From assembly GCA_030265395.1 (NCBI GenBank), contig JARFYF010000017.1, forward strand, positions 39,835,006 through 39,899,005: 64,000 bases of DNA. Reading direction: 5' to 3'. Made by a program: the position numbers and the translations under genes. Each line of letters begins with the position of its first letter. Position 1 is the first letter of the stretch. This stretch comes from Rhina ancylostomus (lineage: Eukaryota). Of this stretch, positions 26,561 through 40,205 are shown in pieces. The notes beneath the pieces are model-generated. The model did no database searches and was not told where the DNA came from. It saw nothing but the letters and a program-made list of their open reading frames with translations.

Positions 26561-28099
26561 ATTCAGGATTCATTGTCTTCATTACTAACATACTATGTCG
26601 ATGAAATGTATTATCCACTGAATGCACTGCTGTAATTCACTATGGTTACTTCATCAGAATGTCTCCGCTCTGACCTCTCTGCGTGAGCATTACCATCTTC
26701 AGGTTACCCTCCACACATGCCACCCTGACGAAATTTATGTAAGAAGGGCAATGACTGCTTCCTTCCAAAATCAACTACGTGCTGAAAAATGATTAAAAAA
26801 GGAAATCCCTATTTTAATCGTAACTCAGTACCATAGACCACCAGTGATTAATATAAATGAAGGCTTTGGGATATGTCTTCCGACTTCTGTTGGTCACGCT
26901 GTCAATTACAAAAATTTGTTACACATTAGAAAGGACAAAGAAATCCAATCACATGCAGATATCAATCTGCAGCAAAAACCATCCAGTAATTGGAAAAGCT
27001 TCCAATTATACTCAACACATTTTTCAACTCAATCTGATGTATGCTAAAAATAATTAGCTTTCATCAGACTTCAGAGAACCAGAGCAATCAGCCTGGTACT
27101 CTTAAATGCAACTTAACAGCAAAAAAAAAACATGGTAGATAGCACTGTGCAAAACTGCAGGGCTTATCATTCAGCGGCTTATCATTTAGGATTAGTTCTA
27201 CGGGATATCTGCTGCAGAGGCCAGTACCTTTCTTCCACTCCAAGCAATTAACCACTGGGTAAGCCTGTCATATTTTAATTCAGATTCCAGCCAGGAGATC
27301 CAATAGTGATCTTGTGTAGGAAATAGACTACACCATTCAAAGCATGTAGTAGTGTAATCCCAGGAGCATCCACTAACTCTTCCACGTTGCTAAATCTTAC
27401 AGTTTACAGTGATCATAACGAGCGTTTTTGTTTGTAGGTGAATGTGAAAAGTTAAATATTATGATGACAATGCCCAAAAATCTAATGCTACACAAGGGAA
27501 GAACTATGGTACTAGGAGGTTCTATTATTATGTTAATTATTTGATGAATAAAATAAAAATTTCACACTTGTTACTAGTTTAATTCTTTCTGCTGGTCTGA
27601 TACCACTATCAATTAAATTCAACGTCTCGCAACTACACGGTGATGATAGCTTGAAGGGACACAAGGATTTATTGCCCACCCATGATGTTCTGTGGATGGA
27701 CCTGACCTTTAACACAAATGAAAGAACACTTTCTAACCTACCTTTCAGTGAAGGTGGTGCTGAGCTGCCTTCCTCAGCCACTGCAGTCCTTCAATCTAAG
27801 CACTTATGAAACACTTTGAGACATTTTATTACACTAAAAGGCACTTAAAGCAATTTACCGTGATGGCCAGATCAAATATCAGAGGGAATTTCTTATAGTC
27901 AATGGATAACAAATGTCAGAACCATCACAAGCTCCCATTCTTTGCCATTTAGGAACACCCAGTTTGTTTTGCATGAGGCAAACACTGGCAAAGTTGCTCA
28001 ATAAATATAAATCTCTTAAACAGGTTAGTAATGGTAGCAGGAAGGTTATGATGGTATAATGATTAAGTTACCAATTTAGCAGCTGACATCTGCTCTATT

Positions 28100-28385
28100 G
28101 CTCCAGGGACACAAATGCTAGTAAAGCAATCTGGAATTGATGGAAAAAAGTTCAATTTAATAATGGTGGCCATGATACCAAATTGTTGTAAAGACCCAGC
28201 TGAGTCACTGGCACTCTTAAAGGAAGGAAATTTGCTGTCCTTAATCTGGTCTGAACTATATGTGACTCCAGACACTCCAATGTGGTCCACTGCTGAGTGC
28301 CTCTTCATTTCAGGGAGATTTACGGACACTCAATAAATGATGGCACTGCCACTGATGTGCACATCCCATGAACAAATGAAAGACA
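28100..28385 (+). mobile_element. SINE whose tail matches the second CR1-superfamily LINE
   Basis: aatggtggccatga..gttgtaaagaccc..ggaaggaaatttgctgtcctta..tgtgactccagac..caataaatgatggc..cacatcccatgaa. Confidence 0.7.
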
Positions 28386-29057
28386 AATACATGAAGCCAC
28401 AGATCAGCCAAGGTCCAAATGATTTGCCCGTGTTGCTACGTTCCACATGAATTAAAACCCACCGATAATTAAACAATCATCCCAAGAGCAAAAGAAGATT
28501 TCTCGACGTCACTAAATTATTGAAATCACCTCCATCCAGATCTGATAAATGTTTTGCTTGCTAATGAACTCTGGGGGTAAATCTGTCACGGGAACTCGCT
28601 GTTATTTGTGCAACTGCTGGCAGGAAGAATTTCACTTTCTCGGTGCTTAAATCTATAAACTCAGAACAGAAGTTTACAAGACCTGGAATTATTCATTGAA
28701 CAACTCAACAGAGCAAAAAAAAAACAAAAATCACTTCCAAGTACATTATTTCTGCTGAAGTGATTGGAGCTGAACATTAGTCATTAGGTGAAGCTATGAG
28801 TGGATTGACTGTATTCCATGTACTAAGTATTGCAAACCACATAATTGAGGAACATTTTATGCCTGAATTATGCTACTTTACTGAAGTGTTAAGCTTGGCT
28901 CTAATGGAGTGAATAGAAATTGCTCCAGCACTCTGCCTTGATAAGAGCTATTATTACAGTAGGAAAAAGCTCTCCGAAATTGACGTGTTAAACTTGATGA
29001 GCTTCCATACCCTTTCTTCCCACTTCCTCCACTAACAGCAAACGCATGGTGAACTCA

Positions 29058-29192
<135 letters not shown>

Positions 29193-31949
29193 CTAAATAG
29201 AAAGCACATCACCATATGAGCATTGCAATTACCCAAAGAAACAAGTTTAATTATCTTATTTCAAATCAATTGGTCCTCAGCGTTTACTTATATCAATTAC
29301 AAAGATGCTGAGGCTGGCAATTGGAAGTATTGCATCACAGTACCATCCCATCACTCCTTCCATCTAACTTACGCTAGAAGCTGATACACTTTTAATAGAC
29401 AANNNNNNNNNNNNNNNNNNNNNNNNNNNNNNNNNNNNNNNNNNNNNNNNNNNNNNNNNNNNNNNNNNNNNNNNNNNNNNNNNNNNNNNNNNNNNNNNNN
29501 NNNNNNNNNNNNNNNNNNNNNNNNNNNNNNNNNNNNNNNNNNNNNNNNNNNNNNNNNNNNNNNNNNNNNNNNNNNNNNNNNNNNNNCAATTATGAAAGAA
29601 AGAGTGCACACACACCATCCTTCACCCTATGATACCATTCAGTCCAACATTTAGGCCAATACACCAAGTAGAGGTGTGGGCTGCTTTTTAAGGCTGACTC
29701 CTCAATGCTGTTTTCACGCAGGAATTAATTCTGTTAACTAAAATTTGGTGAGGTTTTTAATGTGCTATACACAAAGAATAATTGCTGCATAACCTTTTAG
29801 CCTCAAGTGATGCTGGCTGACTTTGCATGAAAAAGTGACTCTGCTCTCTGCTGATTTACTCTGATGTCTGATTTCACCAGTTACCAGCTACATTCTCGTA
29901 AATCCCTCAAATCTCTATTCTTCATTTGTGAGCCGAAGTGCAGGGTATGAGTGGCCACTTTTGAACATGGTACTTACTGTCTTCAAACCGTAAATGGTCC
30001 ATGAATAACAATTAACGTCAGGATTTCTATGACTCTCCTTCTCACTTACTCCTAGGTCATGGTCACTGATGCTGATCATTGCAACTGCAAATCAGCTGTT
30101 TGGCATAGAATACCCCAATATGTCTTCAGATTTTTAACCGTTCTGAATAGGAGTTTACCTGATTTTTTTAAAAAATCAATTTCATTCTCTGGCCTTGAAA
30201 GTGCACTACATTTAAGCAGTAGATCATGCTTAACATCTTATAACTTTTTTTATGACGCAGTATGTTCTGACATTTTGCATAGTCACTTTATATAAAAATT
30301 AGGCATGTTTTCCACAGTTTGTCTGTCTGTCATTCTTTAAAACGCATTGCCCAGCTATTAATCAACAAGAGAAGCTCTGTTCGAAAGTAGTGCTTAAATG
30401 ACAACAATTAGGTGAAATCTTGATAAGTTTATGGTTTTCTTCATGGTTAGACATTGGACTGTGTGTTGCCATATTTTGTGTAGTGAAGGATCTGCGGCTC
30501 TTCAGTGCAGGACTGCATCCATAGCTGACTGGTTACGGGTTGGTTGAAGGTGCCCATCTGAAACAGAGCTTCACTCTCTATACAAATCACAGGTCTGACA
30601 TCCATTTCAGTCCCATTTACAATATCAGATTGCAATGAACCCAGCAGTCTCTACTGCAATACTTTAAGGTTGCCAATAAAACGCTCTTTACCCTAACTGA
30701 ATATGGAACTAAATGGGAATGCTCTACATTACGATGTCAGGGTGCTAATGACCACCCAGAACTACATTTGCCCCTCCAAGATTCAAAGCTCACATGCCCC
30801 ACTGCCAACCTTAATTCTACTTATGACTGGCATGCTGCTTCCTGGGGCTCAGTTTACCTCCCCAGTGTCAGCTCCATCCTGAGAATGAGTGAGAACCAAC
30901 TTCACACTGTCTGTTACCTCATTTGCTCAGGTGCATGGGCTTGTTTACCACAGGAAACCCCTGCCATAATTCCACCTGTTATCCAATGCTACCATCAATT
31001 TTTGAGCCAAATATTCCTGTCCCGATAGATTATGGTAATACCCGACTCATTATGGACAATAATTTGGACACCTGTTTGTGCTACTGACAAAGACAATGGT
31101 GCAGGGTCACTTCTACTTGTTGATTCAATCTCACTTGTTGGGAAGGGGGCTGCAGTGGTGGAGAGAGGCTGATATCATACTTCCTGGCTGCTACACAATA
31201 AAGTAGAAGATACTGGCACAGAAAAGAACTTGTGAAATGGGATTTTAAAAAATCCATTAAAAAGCATATTCTATCTCAAAGTTTCATGGACCATGCTGCA
31301 AATTCCTGGATATAGTTTCTGAAGAGAGGCCCGAATCTCATGGTGAACCTCAAACAGTTCACTGAAGCCTGAGCAATTGGGTTGGGTCTTTCTGTAAACA
31401 GTCTGGTTCTTCCTGACTGGCTTTTGTCTACATTAATCAGGGGAAGATTCACATCTAGTCATTTTGCTCCTGAATAAATATACTGAATCCTTCACTTCAG
31501 AATATGATATTAACAAAACTATGTTCGTGCAACCCACAACTTGCAATCCAGTTCAAAAATCCATAAGTATGCAAACTTCAAAAGATCATCAAATGGTTCT
31601 CAGGACAGGAGGTAAATTATTCGAGCAATCACCATCAGGGGATTCAGAATTTATACTAACCATGTTTATTAGGTCATGTATTTACAGTTTCAGAGGCTGA
31701 TGTACAAACTCACAAAGCTGGGAAGTGCTTCTGTCTCCAATGGTTCCTCAGAGTTCCCACAGTCTGGAGTACTTCCAGTGCTTAAATGTCATGCTTTATT
31801 TTGGAGACAAACAAACAGTGGACACAGTACTCAGAATCTGGTCTGTTTTGAGGATGCTGGCTTTAATTATAATTTAAATCCAATTATTTTGGCGATGTAA
31901 TTCACCTTTCTATTGGCTTTGTTGACTACTGCCATCCATTGAATCTTAA

Positions 31950-32520
31950 CACTTCTATTTCATCATTTATCTATTTTATCACCATTGCTTATTTTTACAA
32001 CCAATGCACATTTACATCCGTCTATGTAAAATTTTGTTATGTTGCTAACCTGTCCTCACACTTTGTTTCTACAATGCGCTGTGTACTTTCTTAACTATCT
32101 CGCTCACTGTCACTTTCCACTGAATTTCCAGGTCCAGGTCATTTATAAAAATGTAAACAGTAGGTCCCAACTCTCAGAAGGTGCAACCACTGTATCACCC
32201 TATGCCTGTGATATTATTTCTCCTCAGTATTTTACTACCCTATGGCCAACTTTACATCAGTTCCCAGGTTTACCCTGTCGTGTAATAAGGAACTATTAAA
32301 TACTTCTTGGAACTTCGGTAGACTTGACCTTATCAATATGGTTGTCTCCCCTTTGGTCCTCAGGTGACCTTTTTACCTTGTCTCTGCCATACGTATAGTT
32401 ATGTTTTCCATATTGTTTCAATATTGACAGCAAGACTGTACTGGGATTTGAAAGTATGACAGATTTTAAAGTGTAATGGTTATGTCTTGCAATGCTTCCT
32501 AAATGTTTGGTCCAGCAGAT
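31950..32520 (-). mobile_element. Old CR1 RT remnant
   Basis: ggtcatttataaaaatgtaaacagtaggtcccaact is the reverse complement of an LGP.LFTFFINDL-like segment. Confidence 0.5.
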
Positions 32521-34239
32521 TATCTTGAGTGAAAACGTAAAGTAATATGTGTTCATTATTGCAGCTTCCTTCCCAGGAACTAGATACATTTGCAGAATTT
32601 CCTTTCCAATTCATGGGGAATATATACCCATCCCCCTGTCCAGCAACTCAACCACTTTCATGAAACCTCAACCCCAGCACCACTGGTGATCTACTTGGTC
32701 AGTTGCTTCAGAGTACTTTTCACACAAACTGCCATTAATTTGCCACATTAACAACAAAAAAAGCATTCATCAAATTAATATCCTGGTGATTTTTTCCTGA
32801 CAAGCTTGGTCTTAGATACTGCCATCTGGAGCAATGACCTTCTAATCGATCTTAGGATCTTCCTCTGAGCAAGTAACCTGTAATTAACTCTTGGCTTTTG
32901 TTTACTAAACATGGTTTTAAAGACCTATGCCCGTTAGAGTCAGGCCCATAACAGCAATTGAATATGGCACAGTCCTTATAAAATATTGTATTCACTAATT
33001 TATTGCTCCACAGGGGATCTAATAATCTTCTGAACAATGACAAAAAGCTTAAAAAGACACAAACCAATTGTAATAATGACTGTTGGAAAGGATTGTGAAG
33101 GTTTAGATTCATTAAATTCACAGCATTTCTTTACAATGAAAGGTCGTACTGGCAGAAATTAGGAGGCACACCAGGGGTGCCACAGGAGACACTCTCACCT
33201 CACCCAGATGTTGCAATAGTGGCAGGATCAGGGCAGTTCTCCTTTACACCTTGCCCAATTGAAGTGAACGGAGAGTAATATCAGGTGTGGAGTAAAACCA
33301 ACCCTTCCCATTTCAAGCTGGATGAGTTGGGTTAAAATTAGTTCCAATACTCACTCCCGAACAGAGTGATGAATCTGCTGAAAAAGGCCCATGAAAGTTA
33401 GTGGAAGGAGGAAAAAGTGGAAAGGCTGCATCATGGGGATCTATGGAGTGCAAACAGTTCTGCTGGCCAATAATAACAAAGCAAAATACATTCATGTGTA
33501 AAATGTTTAGGTAAAACATTTTCAAAAGTCAGCCATTTTGAACTTTATTAAAAGTTCCTTATGTAATATGGGAAGAACTCAGTAAAGCTTTCCCTGGCAC
33601 ACTTTGTAGGAGCTATTGGGCTTGGCTGACTCGTGCAGTATGGATTTATATTGCTATAATGCTACAAATATTTCCATTTTCTTCATTCTAATTGGCACTG
33701 AAATTGCAAAGAATTCCAGTAAAATGGAGGCTCTGTTTCACCTTTCCCAGAAAATGTGATCCAAAGTCAGCACCACAAGCAAATTTATCCGAGAACTAAT
33801 CAAATTAGAGATCAGCAGATCCTCAAGTCATATCAGACCTGGACGCAGGAATCCACCCAAACTTCAGGAAGGAGCAACTGGATGACACTGAAGAGGGGAG
33901 AAAAATCTCCTGGCAGCAAATTTAGGCAATGATTATGATGTAGAATGATCATAGAAAGTACAGTACAGAAGAGCCTTTTGCTTATGTTCAAATGGACCAA
34001 TCTATTCTAATTTTTATTCATTGTACATTCCTCCATATCAATATGCTATCCAATTCTACTTTAAATAAAGCTCAATCAATGGCTACTTGAGGCAAAGCAA
34101 TCCCTGTTGTATCATAAGACCTTGAGTGAAAAGGTTTCTTTAAAATCACCTCATTCGTTTTGCTAATGACAGAGCAACAGTCTAGCCAGTTCTGTAATCT
34201 TCTTTCTGCCAGCTCATCCCAAACTACATGTGCCTCATA

Positions 34240-34855
34240 TTTTTTCTCTAGAAATATATTTTATTTCATTATATATTCAGTGAATACAATTGGGACATGT
34301 CTTTCTCAATCATCAGTTCAATATATTCTTTTATACCAGTCATATTCCCTCCTAAAACGATGCACCCATGAAGTGTTTCAGAGGCTGTTGCACAGAGCTC
34401 GGTGCCTCAGTGTCCACTGGCAGTGGGACCCTCGACTGTGGTCCTTCCCCGTAGAGCCTTTGCAGTGGTGGGACTGAGCTTCAGTTTGTTCATCAGTATA
34501 CACTTCTGTATCATGGGACGTACCAGTCAGCAGCATTCACTTATAGACATCTCCTTACACTGGAAGGCCAACGATTTTTGGAAGGAACAAAGAGCACCTT
34601 TTACCGAGTTGATGATCTCCCGGCAGCAGTTGACGTCTGTGTCAGGAAGCACCCTTGGAAAGCACAGAATCCTGTGTTATGCAGCTGCCTGAGGCGAACC
34701 CCGACAAGGGCAACAGCATCTTTTTCTTCACGGCAAAAGTAGTCCAAAAGGAGGTGCCCCACAGTCATCTCAAGGGCAGTGTGCAGTGGGATTAAGCTCA
34801 TGAAGGATCTGACTGGAAGGGCCTTCTCACTACCAGCCAAGTGAGATCTTGGTAC
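34240..34855 (-). mobile_element. Third Tx1-clade LINE 3' fragment
   Basis: Minus strand YQDLTWLVVRRALPVRSFM..NCCREIINSVKGAL, homologous to 6808-7516, with an A-rich end at 34240. Confidence 0.8.
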
Positions 34856-34884
34856 CCGTGTCTTAATTACCTGCAGAATTCTCT

Positions 34885-35072
34885 CCCAAAACCTTCCTTC
34901 CTTCATTTACTCACCTCATTTAAGACACTGCTGGAAGCAACTTCCTTGACCAAGTGTTTGGTCACTGCTCCTAATATCTCTTCCCAAAGGTTCAGTGGCA
35001 ATTCTTGACCAATTCCACTGAAACCTTTCTCTATTTTAAATGCATTTTATAAATTAAAGTTGTCGTTATTAA
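34885..35072 (+). mobile_element. L2-type LINE 3' end
   Basis: cctcatttaagacactgctggaagcaacttccttgaccaag..tttggtcac..tataaattaaagttgtcgtt. Confidence 0.55.
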
Positions 35073-38000
35073 ACAGGAGATCCATATATTCAAATTTACA
35101 TGCTTCTTATGCTGTGGAAATGCCTCTTCTCACTGGTTTATGCAAAGCAAGCTTGGATAAACATAAAAAAAAGCAAAAGGTGATTACCAAAATGCTATTG
35201 TGGTAAAATACAGCAAAGTCTGTTGTCAAGGCAACAAGTCACAGATGAAAGAATCAGAGCTCCAATCACTCTGGATTGAGTGAAACTAACATAGCAGAAG
35301 GTCTGGAGACAGCTTCTGAAAAGCACAACATTTTTTGCTCGCACACAGAACATGGTTTTAGAAATTCACTTGTGTAGAAACCTGTAATAAAGAATAAAAC
35401 CTACTGCAGGATAGCTGGTGTTATTTTTATGGATTAACAAGACTTGGCCATGATTCAGAGATATGGATCTCCTTCTTCTCAGACTAAATAGTTTTCTTTT
35501 CCAATGGAGTCAAAATATTAACATAGGGATGAGAAAAGCATTTCAGCTCTGAAATTCTATTTCAATTGAAACACCCAAGAACAAACTGCTCCACCTCCAG
35601 AGTTAACCTTGCTCTAATTAAGTGGCCACCAAATGATACAAGAGCCTTAACGTTGTGATTATAGTCATTAGCAGTCCTGAGCTATGCCTATGGCTGAGGT
35701 ACTGCTGCCTCTGAATTAGCTGGGTTAGGCAGGACATACCACCTGTTCTGAATACATCTCAGAAAGCTGTTGAGAAAGTGTGGCCTGGGATCTCGATCAC
35801 CAGTGAGATACCTACTCCAAGGAAGATCTGTGACCTGGCTTAAAATGGACAAGTTCATGCCTTGGCTTCACACCAGCCTCTTTGTCCAGAAGAGGCAAGT
35901 GCGACGGGGTTGAAGAGCTGGAGAACTTGCTCCAGGAGATGCACCAAAACAAAAGGCAGACAAATAATCAGTTTGGGGGCTCAGGTAATGCATAAAAATC
36001 CCTCTCAGGCTGCTCCACAGCTTCAATCATACCAATAATAATTCATTAATGAATCCCTCCTCCTACTTCTTAAATGGCTTGCTACAACATCTCTGCTTAC
36101 AGAGCCTTGTTTGATTTTGTTGAGAACAGTTGCCCAAACCACATTGCCCCTGACAAGGTGATGTGCAGGCTTCTTCAACCACTGCCCAGCATGCAGTTCA
36201 GGTGCTCCCACAATATGGTTCGTCACTGAGTTCTACTATTTTGATCCCAGCAACCATGAAGGACTGCTGGCACTTGACTCTGGAACATGATAATTGGGTT
36301 ATCTAAGATAAGGTATTGCCCAATAACCTAGTCCTCATTCTTCTACATTACCAGCAAATTTTGGGAGTTACTGTTTGCTTTGATAGTCTTTTCTCCACCA
36401 TTGGACTTGGGTGACCCCTGAGACATGAGTAAAAGGTACCTGCTTGGAGCTGAATCCTGTCTCAGGCACAGGAACCTTGAATCTTTCACCCTCATCAAAG
36501 TGATCAATTTTTATACCTAATTGCCTTCCTGACTGTGACCAACCAGAGGAATCCAAACTGGCACACTCCTGATCTTTCGATCCTTTTAAGCCTGATGGGT
36601 TTATAATGCCAGAACGTTTTGGGAGAGTAGAAAATTGAGAAGCTTGAGAGACTCCTTTAGCACTCAAGTGTACATCTTTCAATGCAGCAATTACTTAAAA
36701 GATTAAACATTTATTTCTGAAGCAAACACCACTGCACTTAAGAATTAGGGGTTAAAAAAAAAGGGCCAACCTCGGGTTGACCAAGGTGAGGCAGGAGCAT
36801 TCTGATCTTGGGTGATTTTTTTTGTTCCTGTATGGGACAAACATTTCTAGCAAAACAAAAGAAATCTCAAGAAAATATGGTGTCCATTTTAACACCTCCA
36901 TTCTGCTAAGTGACTTTCAGACAACTGGAAGTTAAGGCTGCAGAAATGGGAGAAGTGGCATTTTTTTCTGGATTGCGAGCTCAAATTGCCTGTCCCATAA
37001 GGAAGCCTCTTCAGTATAGAGGAGAATAAATAACAAAGTGCTGATCACCAAAAGGAAATTCATTTCAGAGTGAAAAAGGGCAGAGAGCTCGATTGATTCC
37101 CTCCCGATGTTTTTACCGTAAAAGGCCAGCAACCATCAGTGAGCACAGAAAGGATTAGTTCATACCAACACCATCGCATAAGAAACTACCTCATCTTGCA
37201 TGTGTCCGAATACAAGCTCTTGACAATAGATAAATGGTATCACACAATGCCAAAAATATATCTGTTACCAGTCAATGCATGTGACTACTCAGCAACAACA
37301 CTAAATGTGCAGCAAAAAAATTGGTTGCTGTTACCGCACAGAGATATCAGGCTTTCCAAACCTCTTCTCTGGTGCCATATCATTTACTATGGATTATTAT
37401 ATAGTTGGCCCAGTGTGTAAATGCACCACTCAATGTAGAACTCAGCCTGATTCCAGGAAGGACACTCATTTGGTTCCTGGCCTCTGTCAAACGAAGTAAC
37501 CATGCCTCCTGAGTGGACCTCTGCACTTTGTAACTATGCAATGAATTCTGCCAGAAAGTGCCCTGTACACACAATAGATAAGGACGTGGTCTGCCAAAAC
37601 TTTGATGAGTACATGGGACACAGCAATCCTGCCAAGGTTCAAGTATAGCCACTTGACATGATACAGGAAAGCAGTGGAGATAGTGGAGGAGTTCCAAAGT
37701 GAGCTCGGGACTGCTGAGCAAGAGGCTGCTTGCACTGTCCTTGCTGATCAAGGGTATCCTCCAAGCCATCAATTAGAAAGGTGCTTCCCATAAAGTACAG
37801 TGCATTAGTTCGGGCAGACTTAGTGAAGGGCCGGTTTCCTTCTTCACTTGCAGGTGGCTGGAAGGCCTGGGCTTCAGCCCCACTCACAGACAAACAAACT
37901 AGGAGCAGGAATAGGCCACTCAGCCCCTCAAGCCACTTACTGGAATAACAGCTAATCTGATTGCAACTTTAAATCCCCATTCCAAACTAGCTGCAGTAAC

Positions 38001-38989
38001 CATTCACACCTTTATCAGAATCAACCTCATGCTTTAATTTTAAGGGGAAGACTGGTGGGTTGCAACTAAAGAAATTCTCTTTTGTTGCTGAAAGAACATG
38101 GACCCATTAGCTCACACTTGGTTGTACTGAACCAAGTGTGCATGACCGATATCCTAGCTTGGCTTCAGCATCGACAACAAAAGGTGAACTCCTTCCTCGT
38201 CCAAAGGATAGTAAGGTTGATCATGAAGGAATGTGGAGGTCAGCAATTTTTGGGGGGGAGAGATGAGACGTGTTGAAACACAGCTTTAGGAACAAGTCTG
38301 CGAGTGTCTATTTCAGTGTCTGCGAGTCCTGCTCGTAAAGAGTTGCTCATAACAGTTCACAGATTGCAACTGGTGGTGTTAATTCTAATGTTTAGTGCTG
38401 CAAATTCTGAACTGTTTTACAGCTGTCATTAACACTCGCACAAGGCAGATTGTAACCTGCACTTCGATATTTCGGGGGTGGGGGTCGAAGTGTGAATAAG
38501 CTTTTCCTGATTGGGTTACTAAACCCAAAAGGAACTAGGTAAAGAAACCACAAACACAAGAGACTGCAAATACTGGAAACTGGAGGGTCGAAGAGCAGCA
38601 GAGATCACAGAAGAGGAGCGGCGAGAGATGGCCTCACAGACGATCTCACCCTCTCCAGGTTCCAGGTAAAGAAACAGCATCTTAGGAATTGAGTCTCCAG
38701 AGGACAATAGGAGCAGGGGTGGATCCCTCAAGCCTGCCCTGCCATTCAATGTGATAATGGCCGATCTGCCCCAGGCCACAACTCCTCTTCTATACTGGTT
38801 CCTCATAGCCTTCAATTTCCTGACCAGGAGCAGAGATGCAAATTTTTTGCCTTCCAATACAATTTTCAAGACCAACAGTCTAAAAATCCTTACACAGAGA
38901 AAGCAGTTTTTACTAGCAGCTTTTAAAAGGCCAACTACAGTAGACCAGCATGGAGATGGAACACCAGCGTATGAGACACCCAAAAGGGC

Positions 38990-39850
38990 TTCGAAGATAA
39001 AAGCTGGGAGGCCATGTTGCAGCTCTATAGAAGTTTGGTTAGGCCACATATGGAGTACTGTCTGCATTTCTGGCCACTGCACTATAGGAAGAACGTGGAG
39101 GGTTTGAAATGGGTCTGGATTGCAATGTATTAGCTATAAAGAGAGACTGGATAAAATGGGATTATTTTATCGGAGCGGGACAGGCTGAGGGGCGACCTGA
39201 TAGAAATATATAAAACTATAAGATATTTATTTATTAGTCAAATGTACATTGAAACACACAGTGAAGTGTCTTTTTGCATTACTGTGCTGGGGGCAACCCG
39301 CAAGTGTCGCCACTCTTCTGGCGCCAACATAACATGCCCACAGCTCCTAGCTTGTATGTCTTTGCAATGTGGGAGGAAACCAGAGCACCTGGAGGAAACC
39401 CACAGGGAGAATGTACAAACTCCGTACAGAGAGGGGCGAGAATTGAACCCAGGTCGCTGACGCTGTAATAGCGTTACACTAACCGCTACACTACCGTGCC
39501 GCCCTGAGATCTATGAGAGGCATAGATAAGGTAGATGGTCAGAGTCTTTCTCCCAGGGTGGAAATTTCTATTACCAGAGGACATGCATTTATGGTGAGAG
39601 GGGAAAAAGTTTAAAGGAGATTTGTGAGATAATTTTTGTCACACACACACATCCCCACACAGAGTGGGAGTTGCCTCGAACGTGCTGCCAGAGGAGGTGG
39701 AAGCAGCAAGTACAATAGCAAATGTTTAAGCAGCATTTGGGCAGACACATGAGCAGGCAGGGAATAGAGGGATAGTTTAGACTAGCATGATAGTTAGCAC
39801 AGACATGGTGGGCCGAAGGGCCTGCTCCTGTGCTGTATTATTCAATGTTC
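38990..39850 (+). mobile_element. CR1/HER1 LINE 3' fragment interrupted by a SINE
   Basis: LYRSLVRPHMEYCLHFWPLHYRKNV..ERLDKMGL..ERDRLRGDLIEIYK, resuming at about 39510 with MRGIDKVD. The tail is gacatggtgggccgaagggcctg. Confidence 0.9.
39222..39504 (-). mobile_element. V-SINE with a Rex1-type tail
   Basis: Minus-strand head gggcggcacggtagtgtagcggttag..cctgggttcaattc (A and B boxes), V-domain, and tail ttcactgtgtgtttcaatgtacatttgactaataaataaat. Confidence 0.85.
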
Positions 39851-39939
39851 ACATTCACTCATTGCCTGGCTGCTCCACTGTGCTGACTCCACACTTTGCT
39901 CACATTTTACACCGGGCCATCCTCGCGCCTTCGACTGTA

Positions 39940-40205
39940 AGGTTTAGGAAGCTAAAATCAAACAGGGTCCTTGAGGATTATAAAGAAGCTGGAAAAGAAT
40001 TCATGGGAAGTAGGAGAGCCAGGAGGGGCTATGAAAAGGAGATTTAAAGAGAATCCCAGGGCATTTTACAGCTATGTTAAGAGCAAGAGGATAACTAGAG
40101 AGAGGGTACGACCACTCAAGAAGGGAAATAGCAATAATCCTGGTAAATATAGACTGGTGAGCCTCACGTCAGTGGTAAGGAAGCCATTGGAGAGGATTCT
40201 TCAAT
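39940..40205 (+). mobile_element. CR1 ORF2 internal fragment with a deletion
   Basis: KENPRAFYSYVKSKRITRERVRPLK is fused directly to KGNSNNPGKYRLVSLTSVVRKPLERIL. Confidence 0.88.

Noticed and set aside
38519-39082. 187-aa minus-strand ORF
   Set aside because: It crosses several unrelated repeat fragments and shows no domain or splice evidence.
39420-39504. tRNA-like A/B boxes
   Set aside because: This is a SINE head, not a tRNA gene; no cloverleaf is evident.
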